Shown here piece by piece: positions 21,062-29,492 of a DNA stretch of 52,272 nt. Made by a program: the position numbers and the translations under genes. The notes below the pieces were generated by a model. That model searched no databases and was not told the DNA's origin. It was given only the letters and a program-made list of their open reading frames with translations. Each line of letters begins with the position of its first letter. The stretch's first letter is position 1. The DNA is from Mycoplasmatota bacterium (lineage in GTDB: Bacteria; Bacillota_I; Bacilli_A; RF39; UBA660): assembly GCA_012727915.1 (NCBI GenBank), contig JAAYGD010000058.1, positions 1 to 52,272 of the forward strand, given 5' to 3'.

Positions 21062-22228
21062 ATGAAAAAGAAAAAGATAATAATTATTGTTGCAATTATA
21101 ATTTTTATTTTAATGTTAATACCAATACCTAATCAATTAAAAGATGGTGGTTCAGTAGAATATAATGCAATATTATACCAATATACTAAAATACATCGTT
21201 TAAACGAAAAATCAGCTACAGGATATGAAGATGGTTGGGAACTTAGAATTATAGGAATTCAAGTTGGTGGGGAAATAAATACATATGTTAAAGCAGAGCA
21301 ACAAATGAACGAAATTGTTTCATGCTTAGAAAATGAATTAGGTGGCTATTTAGTAACTGAACAAGATATTCTTTTGGATATTCCATTATCAGAAATAAAA
21401 AATGTTAATACAGAAAAAATAGAAATATTTAAAGGAAAGTATGCAAGTAATCATAAAGATAACATGTATTTTATAGTCTTTCCTAAAAATGGAACTTATG
21501 AATCAGAAGTAATGAATGCATTTGATGAATATTTTAGCAAAAAGTTTACTACATATCAGACTTTTTCAAGTCCAGTTATTCCAACTATTTATATTCATAC
21601 AGAAAATAATGATATTGATATGAAAACTATAACTAATAAATGTATAACTAATACAGAAAGAGAAAACAGTAAATCTATCCCAACAGCAACGATTAATAAA
21701 ATCAGCAAAACAAATAAAGTTATTATAAAATCAGGTGAAAAAGAATTAGCTGTTATTAAAGATGCTGAAAAGGTTAATGAAATAATAGAAGCGATATCAA
21801 GTGCAAGTAGATATGGAGAAGTTTGTTTAAGCGATGGTCATGGATTTGATTTTGAACTTTACAATGATAATAAATTAATTGATACATTACGAGTATGGAG
21901 TGACGGAAAGAGAGTATTACCTGAAAGTATAAAAGGCTGTTATTATTCAATATCAAATGGTACTGATTTTAGAAAAATAATTGAAAGAGAAAGTGACTAT
22001 ATATTTTATTCAATATTAGATTATTCAGAAACATGTGATGAAGCTTTGGAGTTGATCTATGAAAACAATGGAAACAAGTACTATTTGAGTTGCATAAAAA
22101 GTGATAAAGTTATGATAAATTTTTTAATCAACAATAAAGTAATGACTCTTAAATCTGCACTAGAGAATAAATTAATTTCTGCAGATAAAATTGCCAGCGA
22201 ATATTCAGATGTTTTGATAAAAAAATGA
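21062..22228 (+). CDS. membrane-anchored hypothetical protein (388 aa)
   Basis: An AGGAGG ribosome-binding site is present, as is an N-terminal helix (KKIIIIVAIIIFILMLI). I recognise no catalytic motif. Confidence 0.7.
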   Translation: MKKKKIIIIVAIIIFILMLIPIPNQLKDGGSVEYNAILYQYTKIHRLNEKSATGYEDGWELRIIGIQVGGEINTYVKAEQQMNEIVSCLENELGGYLVTEQDILLDIPLSEIKNVNTEKIEIFKGKYASNHKDNMYFIVFPKNGTYESEVMNAFDEYFSKKFTTYQTFSSPVIPTIYIHTENNDIDMKTITNKCITNTERENSKSIPTATINKISKTNKVIIKSGEKELAVIKDAEKVNEIIEAISSASRYGEVCLSDGHGFDFELYNDNKLIDTLRVWSDGKRVLPESIKGCYYSISNGTDFRKIIERESDYIFYSILDYSETCDEALELIYENNGNKYYLSCIKSDKVMINFLINNKVMTLKSALENKLISADKIASEYSDVLIKK

Positions 22229-22271
22229 TTGCAATATTTTGATATTACGATATGATTAATGACAAAATTTT

Positions 22272-22293
22272 AGATAAGTTATTAGATAAGTTT
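22272..22293 (+). repeat. two further AGATAAGTT(T) units
   Basis: Units at 22272-22280 and 22284-22293, the same unit as at 20931-20963. Confidence 0.8.
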
Positions 22294-22336
22294 AAACTGT
22301 ATTGTCAGGAAATTAGACATAACTTTTTTGCAATTT

Positions 22337-22459
22337 ATGAGTAAAATATTAAAATTTTCAAATAAGAAATGCCAATTTTCAAGCAAAAAATTACATGGTT
22401 GTTTTAATGGTTCGCCATGTGGCAGTGGTAAAAAATATAAGCAATGTTGTGGAAAATAA
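22337..22459 (+). pseudogene. displaced secA 3' fragment, also readable as a 40-codon SEC-C mini-ORF
   Basis: ATG 22337 is in frame with ...CFNGSPCGSGKKYKQCCGK* but has no ribosome-binding site. Similarity to secA starts only at CCATGTGG (22415). Confidence 0.4.
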
Positions 22460-22478
22460 CTCGCATAAAATAAGGGGA
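22415..22478 (+). repeat. att-like copy 3: SEC-C tail plus CATAAAATAAGGG
   Basis: 39 of 45 nt are identical to copy 1 by hand alignment, and the post-stop block is shared with copy 1. Confidence 0.7.
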
Positions 22479-22492
22479 AACGCGAGTTTTTC
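22460..22492 (+). terminator. weak hairpin plus T-run after SEC-C copy 3 (candidate native secA terminator)
   Basis: Stem CTCGC / GCGAG with a 17-nt loop, then TTTTT. Confidence 0.4.
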
Positions 22493-22742
22493 TTTTATCT
22501 TAAATATTCAAAGTTATTTAAAAATACCATTTAGATACGATTTTTTATATCCAATTTACAATTAAATAGCAATATTAATTATAAAGATTATTGTTATGAA
22601 TAATATTAGAATAAAAACGATTGAGAAAAAAGCAACAAAAGCATTAAAAATTATCATTATAATATTGGAAAATATATTTAAAAGTAATATAATCAAATTG
22701 AGATAAAATGGTAAAAGTGGCAAAAATATCAATGGAGGCAAT

Positions 22743-22937
22743 ATGAAATTAAATCCTAAAAGATCAGAAATTGAGATAGGGCGAACCGTTAATTCTATTA
22801 TTCAAAGAAACGGAATAAAACGAAAACTAAAGATGAGTCAAATTGAATTCTCAATTATGAAAGCAAGAGACATTGAATCGCAAGAACTTTTAAAAGTTAC
22901 TAATCATATAAATATAAAAATATTAAGAAGATTTTAA
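22743..22937 (+). CDS. hypothetical 64-aa ORF
   Basis: GGAGG lies 4 nt upstream of the ATG. The product is basic and I recognise no family. Confidence 0.35.
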   Translation: MKLNPKRSEIEIGRTVNSIIQRNGIKRKLKMSQIEFSIMKARDIESQELLKVTNHINIKILRRF

Positions 22938-23109
22938 AAAGTAAATGTTTAAAAGAAATAAATCGTACTGGTATTACACGAAAAATAGCGAGAAATTGCT
23001 TTTTTTTAGTTATCTATAAAATTATAAAATATATCAATATTTTGCTTAATATATTTTGTGGTAAATATTTTGTTTTTATGTATAATATTAATAGATGTGG
23101 AGAAGTAAT

Positions 23110-23262
23110 ATGAGTGAAATAGAATATTATGATGAGGTTGGTCCTTATATAGAAAAATATTTAGTTGATGGTAAATTGGGCAAAATGGAATCTAATGATT
23201 TATCTCAATTACATAGGTATTTTGATTCGAAATATTATGATATATATATGAAGGAACTTTAA
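23110..23262 (+). CDS. hypothetical 50-aa ORF (not in the ORF track)
   Basis: GGAGAAG precedes ATG 23110, and a TATAAT box lies about 30 nt upstream. The product is MSEIEYYDEVGPYIEKYLVDGKLGKMESNDLSQLHRYFDSKYYDIYMKEL. Confidence 0.3.
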   Translation: MSEIEYYDEVGPYIEKYLVDGKLGKMESNDLSQLHRYFDSKYYDIYMKEL

Positions 23263-23339
23263 ACCAATAGAATAAGATTTTTTAAATAAGTAAAAATTAA
23301 ATTTAATAAGATGTATAATTAATGTATATTATAAATTAA

Positions 23340-23368
23340 TTGAATAAACAATGATAGTGTATTATAAT
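23340..23368 (+). promoter_or_regulatory. sigma-A type promoter for the HD-domain gene pair
   Basis: TTGAAT, a 17-nt spacer, then TATAAT. Confidence 0.5.
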
Positions 23369-23391
23369 AATGTTGAAAAACAGGTGGTATT

Positions 23392-24060
23392 ATGGTTGAT
23401 GATAAATTAAAAAAATATATTGAAGATAATATCTTTCCCATTTATGAAAATAATGATTGGGGTCATAGTTTGGAACACATTAATTATGTAATAGATAGAA
23501 GTATAAGGTTTGCGAGTACATTATCAAATATAAATTGTGATATGGTTTATACTGTTGCGGCATACCATGATATAGGCCATTATATAGACGCTAAGAACCA
23601 TGAGAAAATATCTAGTGAAATTTTATTGAATGATGAAGCTTTGAAGGATTTCTTTAATAGTGAACAAATAAATATTATGGCAGAAGCTGTGTATGATCAT
23701 AGATCAAATATGAAGGGTGAGCCTAGAAGCATATACGGAAAAATTGTCTCATCTGCTGATAGAAATACAATAATAGATGTATCTTTAAAAAGAACCTATG
23801 AATATAGATTGTTTCATTGCCCAGACGATTCAATTGAATATGTAATTGAAGATTCAAGAAAACATATATTAGATAAATTTGGAAAGAATGGATATGCAAA
23901 AGAAAAAATGTATTTTGAAGATAATGATTATAAAGTGTTCTTACAAAATATATCAAATCTAGCAGAAAACATAGATCTTTTTAAAAAAAAATATTGTGAG
24001 ATAAATAATATTAAATTAACTGAAGTGAAAAGGTTAAGTAAAAATGGAGGTTTTATATGA
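23392..24060 (+). CDS. HD-domain metal-dependent phosphohydrolase (YpgQ-like layout)
   Basis: The H...HD...D pattern is present: WGHSLEHI, AAYHDIGH, SSADR. Length is 222 aa. Confidence 0.8.
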   Translation: MVDDKLKKYIEDNIFPIYENNDWGHSLEHINYVIDRSIRFASTLSNINCDMVYTVAAYHDIGHYIDAKNHEKISSEILLNDEALKDFFNSEQINIMAEAVYDHRSNMKGEPRSIYGKIVSSADRNTIIDVSLKRTYEYRLFHCPDDSIEYVIEDSRKHILDKFGKNGYAKEKMYFEDNDYKVFLQNISNLAENIDLFKKKYCEINNIKLTEVKRLSKNGGFI

Positions 24061-24455
24061 AGAAGAACTATATAAAAGAGATATATAAAGATATTAAGTT
24101 GTATTATAGAGTTGATATTACTATTAGAGATTTTTTTAGTGAATATTTAAATAAAGGCAATATTATTGAATTGATTTCTTTTGAAAAAAATAAATATTAT
24201 ACCTGTAGTCCCGGAATGCCATCAGAATACTTTTCTAGAGAAAATATTACTACAAGTGCAGAAGTATTAACAGATAAGAATGAAAAGTACGTTATAAATG
24301 AAAATTTTTTTGGAATTAATTTTGAATCACCTTGTGACAAATATAATATAAAAATATATGATAATGAAGGCAATATGATTGCAAATACAAATGATTATCT
24401 TTTATATATAAATGAGAAAAAAAGCAATACTAAAAATATGAAATTAAATAAATAA
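24057..24455 (+). CDS. hypothetical 132-aa protein, translationally coupled to the HD gene
   Basis: ATGA start/stop overlap with the HD gene. No transmembrane segment and no recognised motif. Confidence 0.6.
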   Translation: MKKNYIKEIYKDIKLYYRVDITIRDFFSEYLNKGNIIELISFEKNKYYTCSPGMPSEYFSRENITTSAEVLTDKNEKYVINENFFGINFESPCDKYNIKIYDNEGNMIANTNDYLLYINEKKSNTKNMKLNK

Positions 24456-24514
24456 TATAATGTTGCAATACTTTTAAGATTGTTGTATAATTTATATATA
24501 ATAGAGAGGGATAG

Positions 24515-25142
24515 TATGAAATATAATAAAAAAGTTTTAATTGCAGTTGCTGTTGCAGTTGTAGTGATATTAATAATATTACTAATTGTTACAAGAAATG
24601 CAGCCGAAAAGAAAAAAATAGAAGAATATGATAAGTTGATTGCAAGTTTATGCTCTACTGCTGTTAATTTGGAAAAAACAAATTCTAATACAATTGTATT
24701 AGCAAAAGAAGTTGGAGAATATACTTTTGTTCCTTTAAGAACACTATCTTTACTTACAATTGAATCAGATAATAGAATTCCAATTAATTTGAAAAATCCC
24801 AAATTATCTTCAGATAAAAAACCTGTATATTTTGAAGATACTAAAGCACTTAAGTTATATGTAGATGATGATAAAAAAGTGGTATGTAAAGAATTAGTTG
24901 ATTTGGGAGAAGGACCTAAGATTACCTTAAAAGGTGAAAAAGCAATGGTATTAAAAGTAGGAGATAAATATGTAGAACCTGGTTATACCGCTACTGATAA
25001 AGAGGATGGAGACTTAACAAGTAAAGTGTTGAAAAACGGATTGCCAGATACTACAACAAGAGGAGAATATACAGTATTATATTTTTTAGAAGATAGTATG
25101 AGAAATAAAACTTCAGAAGTAAGAACTATATCAGTTAAATAA
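24515..25142 (+). CDS. N-terminally anchored surface protein with one DUF5011-type Ig-like domain
   Basis: ATG 24515 follows AGAGAGGGA. There is a transmembrane helix (VLIAVAVAVVVILIILLIV). The C-terminal ITLKGE...VEPGYTATDKEDGDLTSKV...GEYTVLY pattern is typical of DUF5011. Confidence 0.75.
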
Positions 25143-25169
25143 CTATAATAAAAATTATAGTTTTTTTTT
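25143..25169 (+). terminator. rho-independent terminator
   Basis: Stem CTATAAT / ATTATAG with loop AAAA, followed by a T9 run. Confidence 0.65.
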
Positions 25170-25203
25170 ACTTATAATGTTATAATTTTTATGGTGATAG
25201 TAT

Positions 25204-26320
25204 ATGGAATTAAAAGAGTTGGAACTTATAGTTAATCAAGAAATCGAAAAAAACAATACTCTTAAGGAGTTACTTTGACATTGAAAATGTAAAAGTAAAA
25301 TTAAAAGAATTGCTTGATTTAACTGTTAAAGAAGATTTTTGGAACGATCCCAAAAAAGCAGAATCAATCTTATCCACTATTAATCAATATAAAAGTATAA
25401 TAGAAGAAATTGAAGATGCATATAATGATTTGATAGAAAAAAAAGAAATAATATATATGTTAAAAAGCGAATATGATGAAGAATTGTTTGATTTGGTAAG
25501 AAAAGAAATTGATGAAATAATTAAAATTCAAGAACAATTTGAAATTAAAACATTATTGGGTGATGAATTTGATAAAAGCAATTGTATATTAGAAATTCAC
25601 AGTGGTGCAGGTGGAGTTGAGGCTTGTGATTGGGCTAATATGTTATATAGAATGTATACAAGATGGTGTGAAAGAAATAAATATAAATATGAAGAACTAT
25701 ATTATCAGAAAGGAGAAGAAGCTGGGTTAAAAAGCGCTTCACTTCTAATAAAAGGAATATATTCATATGGATATTTAAAAGGTGAAAAAGGAATACACAG
25801 ATTAGTTAGATTATCCCCTTTTGATTCAAACAATAAAAGGCATACTTCCTTTGCGTCTGTAGATATAACTCCAGAGTTAGATCAATCTATAAATATTGAA
25901 ATAAAAGAAGAAGATTTAAAAATAGATGTATATAGATCAGGTGGTGCTGGAGGTCAATCTGTAAATACTACCGATAGTGCAGTTAGAATTACTCACATTC
26001 CAACAGGAATAGTTGTAACTTGTCAAAATGAAAGAAGTCAAATTCAAAATAAAGAAAAAGCATTAAATATTTTAAAAAATAAATTATATATAAATGAATT
26101 AGAAAATAAGGAAAATGAATTATCAAATTTAAAAGGAACAAAAAACAAAATTGATTTTGGTTCTCAAATAAGAAGTTATGTTATTCACCCATATTCAATG
26201 GTTAAAGACCATAGAACTGATTATGAGACGAGTAACATTTATGATGTGTTGGATGGAGAAATAGATGAATTTATACACGAATATTTAAAAGGAGAAAAAA
26301 GATATGGAAGCATTAAATAA
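25204..26320 (+). CDS. prfB: peptide chain release factor 2, made by programmed +1 frameshift: join(25204..25275,25277..26320)
   Basis: A 24-codon ORF0 ends CTT TGA C. The +1 frame continues DIENVKVKLKELLDLTVKEDFWNDP and carries the SPF and GGQ motifs. Confidence 0.95.
25265..25279 (+). promoter_or_regulatory. RF2 autoregulatory +1 frameshift site
   Basis: Internal SD-like AGGAG (25265-25269), a 3-nt spacer, then CTT TGA C (25273-25279). Confidence 0.9.
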
Positions 26321-27152
26321 TAAACCTATTGTAAAAAAAGTTCAAAAATGGATTACTGTTGTTTTTGGATTATTTTTATATTCTATAGGTTATAATTTAT
26401 TCTTATTAAAAAATAACATTGTAGCTGGAGATATTGAAGGTTTGGCAACTATTTTTCAAGATAAATTGGAACCATCAATGTTAATACTCATATTATCTAT
26501 TTTGTTATTATTAGCAGCATTTATATTTTTAGATAAAGAAAAGTTTATTGGGTCTATAGCGGGTTCTTTATTATTTCCTTTATTTGTATTTTTGACAGCA
26601 AACATAACTGAGTTGATTGTAATTGAAGGAAACGATTTATTATTAGCGGCAATATTCGCCGGATTATTTTCTGGATTTGGTTCTGGTTTAGCTTTTAAAA
26701 TGAATTGCAATACTGGAGGTACTGATGTTTTACAACAAATATTATCTAAGTATGCAAAAATATCAGTTGGTAAAGCTAAAATAATAACAGATGGAACTAT
26801 AGTATTATTTGGTGGATTCGCATTTGGATGGCAAATGGTATTATATTCTATAGTATGTATAGTTATATTCGGAATTGTAACAGATAGAGTTATGCTTGGA
26901 ATTTCATCTACAAAAGCATTATATATAATTACAGAAAAGGAAGATGAAATAAAAGATTACTTACTACATAGAGCTTCACATGGGTTAACTTTATTAGAGG
27001 GAAAAGGTGGTTATACCGATAGAAGACAAAATATAATAATGTGTTTGGTTCCCAATAGACAATATTTTTCGGTAAAAGAAGAAATAGAATTACTAGATAA
27101 AAATGCATTTTTGATTGTAACTGATGCATATCAATCATCTGGTGGACAATAG
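26304..27152 (+). CDS. YitT-family membrane protein with a C-terminal DUF2179 domain
   Basis: Multi-pass hydrophobic N-terminal part, with a C-terminal GGYTDRRQNIIMCLVPNRQYFSVKEEI...LIVTDA pattern. It overlaps the prfB end by 17 nt. Confidence 0.8.
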   Translation: MEALNNKPIVKKVQKWITVVFGLFLYSIGYNLFLLKNNIVAGDIEGLATIFQDKLEPSMLILILSILLLLAAFIFLDKEKFIGSIAGSLLFPLFVFLTANITELIVIEGNDLLLAAIFAGLFSGFGSGLAFKMNCNTGGTDVLQQILSKYAKISVGKAKIITDGTIVLFGGFAFGWQMVLYSIVCIVIFGIVTDRVMLGISSTKALYIITEKEDEIKDYLLHRASHGLTLLEGKGGYTDRRQNIIMCLVPNRQYFSVKEEIELLDKNAFLIVTDAYQSSGGQ

Positions 27153-27157
27153 GAGGT

Positions 27158-27856
27158 ATGATGGATTTTATTAACATAAAAAATGTAATGAAGCAATATA
27201 AAAATGGTGTTACCGCAGTATATGATATAAATTTAACTATTAATAAAGGAGAATTTGTTTTTATTATGGGGGCATCCGGAAGTGGAAAATCAACACTAAT
27301 TAAGTTGCTTTATAGAGAAGAAAAACCTTCAAAAGGTGAAATTACTCTTGCGGGTACAAATGTAGCAAAATTAAAAAATAGAAAAGTATTTAAATTGAGA
27401 AGAAAATTAGGAATAGTATTCCAAGATTTTAGATTGCTACCAAAACTTACTGTATATGAAAATGTAGCATTTTCTTTAGAGATATTAGGCTTAAAAAAAC
27501 AAGAAGTAAGAGAAAAAACTTTAAAAGCTTTAGATTTGGTTGGATTAAAAAGTAAAGTAAAAGATTATCCAGACCAATTATCTGGAGGAGAACAACAAAG
27601 AGTTGTAATTGCTAGAGCTATTGTAAATGAACCTAAATTATTAATTTGTGATGAACCAACTGGAAATTTAGATCCTAAAACTAGTATGGGTATTATGAAA
27701 GTAATAGAAGAAATAAATGAATTGGGAACTACAGTTATTATGGCAACTCATAATGTTGATATTGTAAAAAAACTCAATAAAAGAGTTATATTAATGGAAA
27801 ATGGAAAAGTTATTAAAGATTACAAGGAAGGAACTTATAAACATGAAATGGATTAG
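27158..27856 (+). CDS. ftsE: cell division ATP-binding protein FtsE
   Basis: Walker A GASGSGKST, ABC signature LSGGEQQR and Walker B LLICDEPT. It is paired with ftsX. Confidence 0.9.
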   Translation: MMDFINIKNVMKQYKNGVTAVYDINLTINKGEFVFIMGASGSGKSTLIKLLYREEKPSKGEITLAGTNVAKLKNRKVFKLRRKLGIVFQDFRLLPKLTVYENVAFSLEILGLKKQEVREKTLKALDLVGLKSKVKDYPDQLSGGEQQRVVIARAIVNEPKLLICDEPTGNLDPKTSMGIMKVIEEINELGTTVIMATHNVDIVKKLNKRVILMENGKVIKDYKEGTYKHEMD

Positions 27857-28751
27857 AATATTAGGCAGAAGCATAAAAGATGCTTCTAATAGTGTTTTTA
27901 GAAATATGAGTTTAAGTGTTGCTTCAATTTCTTGTATTGCAATAACTTTAATAGTGGTATCTCTAGCAATGTTGCTTTCATATAATGTTGATAATGCTAC
28001 AAAGTTAATAGAAAAAGATTTTACAATTGTAAGTTTTGTAGAAAATAAAGCAACCGATAAACAAATAAAAGAAATAGAAAAATTAATTGCCGAAATGGAT
28101 AATGTTGAGTCTTATAAATATAAAAGTAAAGAGGAAGTTCTTGAGGAAGCAAAAGCATCTGATGATGTTTTTAAGACTATTATAGAGGGTTGGGATGAAG
28201 ATGAAAATCCTTTACAAGCTGCATTTTTAATTAAAGCAAAGGATATAGATGAGATTGAAAAAACTAGTAATGAAATAAAAAAAATAGAAGGTATATCATT
28301 AGTAAGATATGGAGAAAATGTTATAAAAAATATGCTTTCTACTTTTGATGCTGTTGAAAAAGTATTAATAATAATAGTTGTTTCTCTTGTAGTAGTAACT
28401 GCATTCTTAATTTCTAATACTATCAAATTAACTATTTTTTCAAGAAAAAGAGAAATCGAAATTATGAGAGTTGTTGGTGCTTCAAACACAAACATTAAAA
28501 CCCCATTTATTGTTGAAGGAATATTTTTATCTGTATTAGGATCAATACTTCCAATAATATTTACTATATATGGATATAATTACCTTTATTCTAATTCAAG
28601 CGGTTCTATGTTCTCTTCATATTTGAAATTCTTAAAATTAGTAGAACCTACTCCGTTTGTATATATTGTGTCCTTAATGCTTATTACTATTGGAATTATA
28701 GTAGGTACTTTAGGAAGTTCAAGAGCAGTAAGAAAATATTTAAAAATTTGA
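27843..28751 (+). CDS. ftsX: cell division permease-like protein FtsX
   Basis: ATG 27843 overlaps the ftsE end. The product has transmembrane segment 1, an extracellular domain and three C-terminal transmembrane segments (FtsX topology). Confidence 0.85.
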   Translation: MKWIRILGRSIKDASNSVFRNMSLSVASISCIAITLIVVSLAMLLSYNVDNATKLIEKDFTIVSFVENKATDKQIKEIEKLIAEMDNVESYKYKSKEEVLEEAKASDDVFKTIIEGWDEDENPLQAAFLIKAKDIDEIEKTSNEIKKIEGISLVRYGENVIKNMLSTFDAVEKVLIIIVVSLVVVTAFLISNTIKLTIFSRKREIEIMRVVGASNTNIKTPFIVEGIFLSVLGSILPIIFTIYGYNYLYSNSSGSMFSSYLKFLKLVEPTPFVYIVSLMLITIGIIVGTLGSSRAVRKYLKI

Positions 28752-28782
28752 TTTAATGATATAATAATAGCAAGGTGGTAAT

Positions 28783-29400
28783 ATGAAAAAATATATAAAA
28801 TTAATATTTGCGTTTGCATTTGCGTTTTCTTTTATGATAATTGTTAATGCTAGTAATAAGATTTTCGTTCAATATGAATTATCATATTTAAACGATTCGT
28901 TAATTCCTTCCTTAAAATATGATGTTACTAATAATCTTCCATATAATAGCTTAAAAACATTAAATTGTGAATGTTATCCTGAAATTCAAAATGGGAATCA
29001 TAATGTAAGTTTATTTAATGGTATGGGTATAAATGGAACTTTAAATGATCACAAGACAATCAATAATGAAATAACTAGTTCTTTTAAATTAGTTAGAAAT
29101 GGAATTATTATAGCGAGAGATTGGAAATCTTCACTAAGTTCGGGAATGCTTAAAATAATTGACATTTTAAAGTTTTTTTACGATATCCTAATTATATTAA
29201 TTCCTATTTCATTACTATTGTTTGGTACCGTGGATTTATTAAAAGCGGTTGCTGCACAAGATGAAAAAATGATTAGTGCTGCAACTTCAAGCCTTGGAAG
29301 AAGGGCTTTGTGGGCGGTTGTGGCAATATTAGGCATGATAATCATTAAAGCAATTTTATTTTTCTTTGATGGTGGTAATGATTGGACTAGTTATTGGTAA
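28783..29400 (+). CDS. secreted/membrane hypothetical protein (signal peptide plus two C-terminal TM helices)
   Basis: The N-terminus KLIFAFAFAFSFMIIVNA looks like a signal peptide. The C-terminus has two hydrophobic helices separated by a short polar loop (AAQDEKMISAATSSLGRR). Confidence 0.65.
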   Translation: MKKYIKLIFAFAFAFSFMIIVNASNKIFVQYELSYLNDSLIPSLKYDVTNNLPYNSLKTLNCECYPEIQNGNHNVSLFNGMGINGTLNDHKTINNEITSSFKLVRNGIIIARDWKSSLSSGMLKIIDILKFFYDILIILIPISLLLFGTVDLLKAVAAQDEKMISAATSSLGRRALWAVVAILGMIIIKAILFFFDGGNDWTSYW

Positions 29401-29492
29401 AATAAAAATAGAGTATAACTCTGTTTTTTGTTGTAAAAATATATACAATATGTTATATTTATTCTATAATGAGAAAAGATAGGAGAGTATTT

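Larger units (their letters stand above)
20802..22459 (+). mobile_element. integrase-less remnant of a second element in the same site
   Basis: Bounded by SEC-C tail copies 2 and 3. It has its own repeat family (AGATAAGTTTT) near both ends and a single cargo gene. Confidence 0.5.

Noticed and set aside
16781-22459. A prophage, ICE or phage-inducible island.
   Set aside because: There are no capsid, terminase, replication, relaxase or type IV secretion genes and no obvious excisionase. Only a minimal integrase-plus-cargo element and a remnant can be supported.
24395-24802. A 135-aa minus-strand ORF overlapping the DUF5011 gene start.
   Set aside because: The plus-strand gene has a ribosome-binding site, a transmembrane anchor and a recognisable domain. 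The antisense product is a hydrophobic low-complexity shadow.
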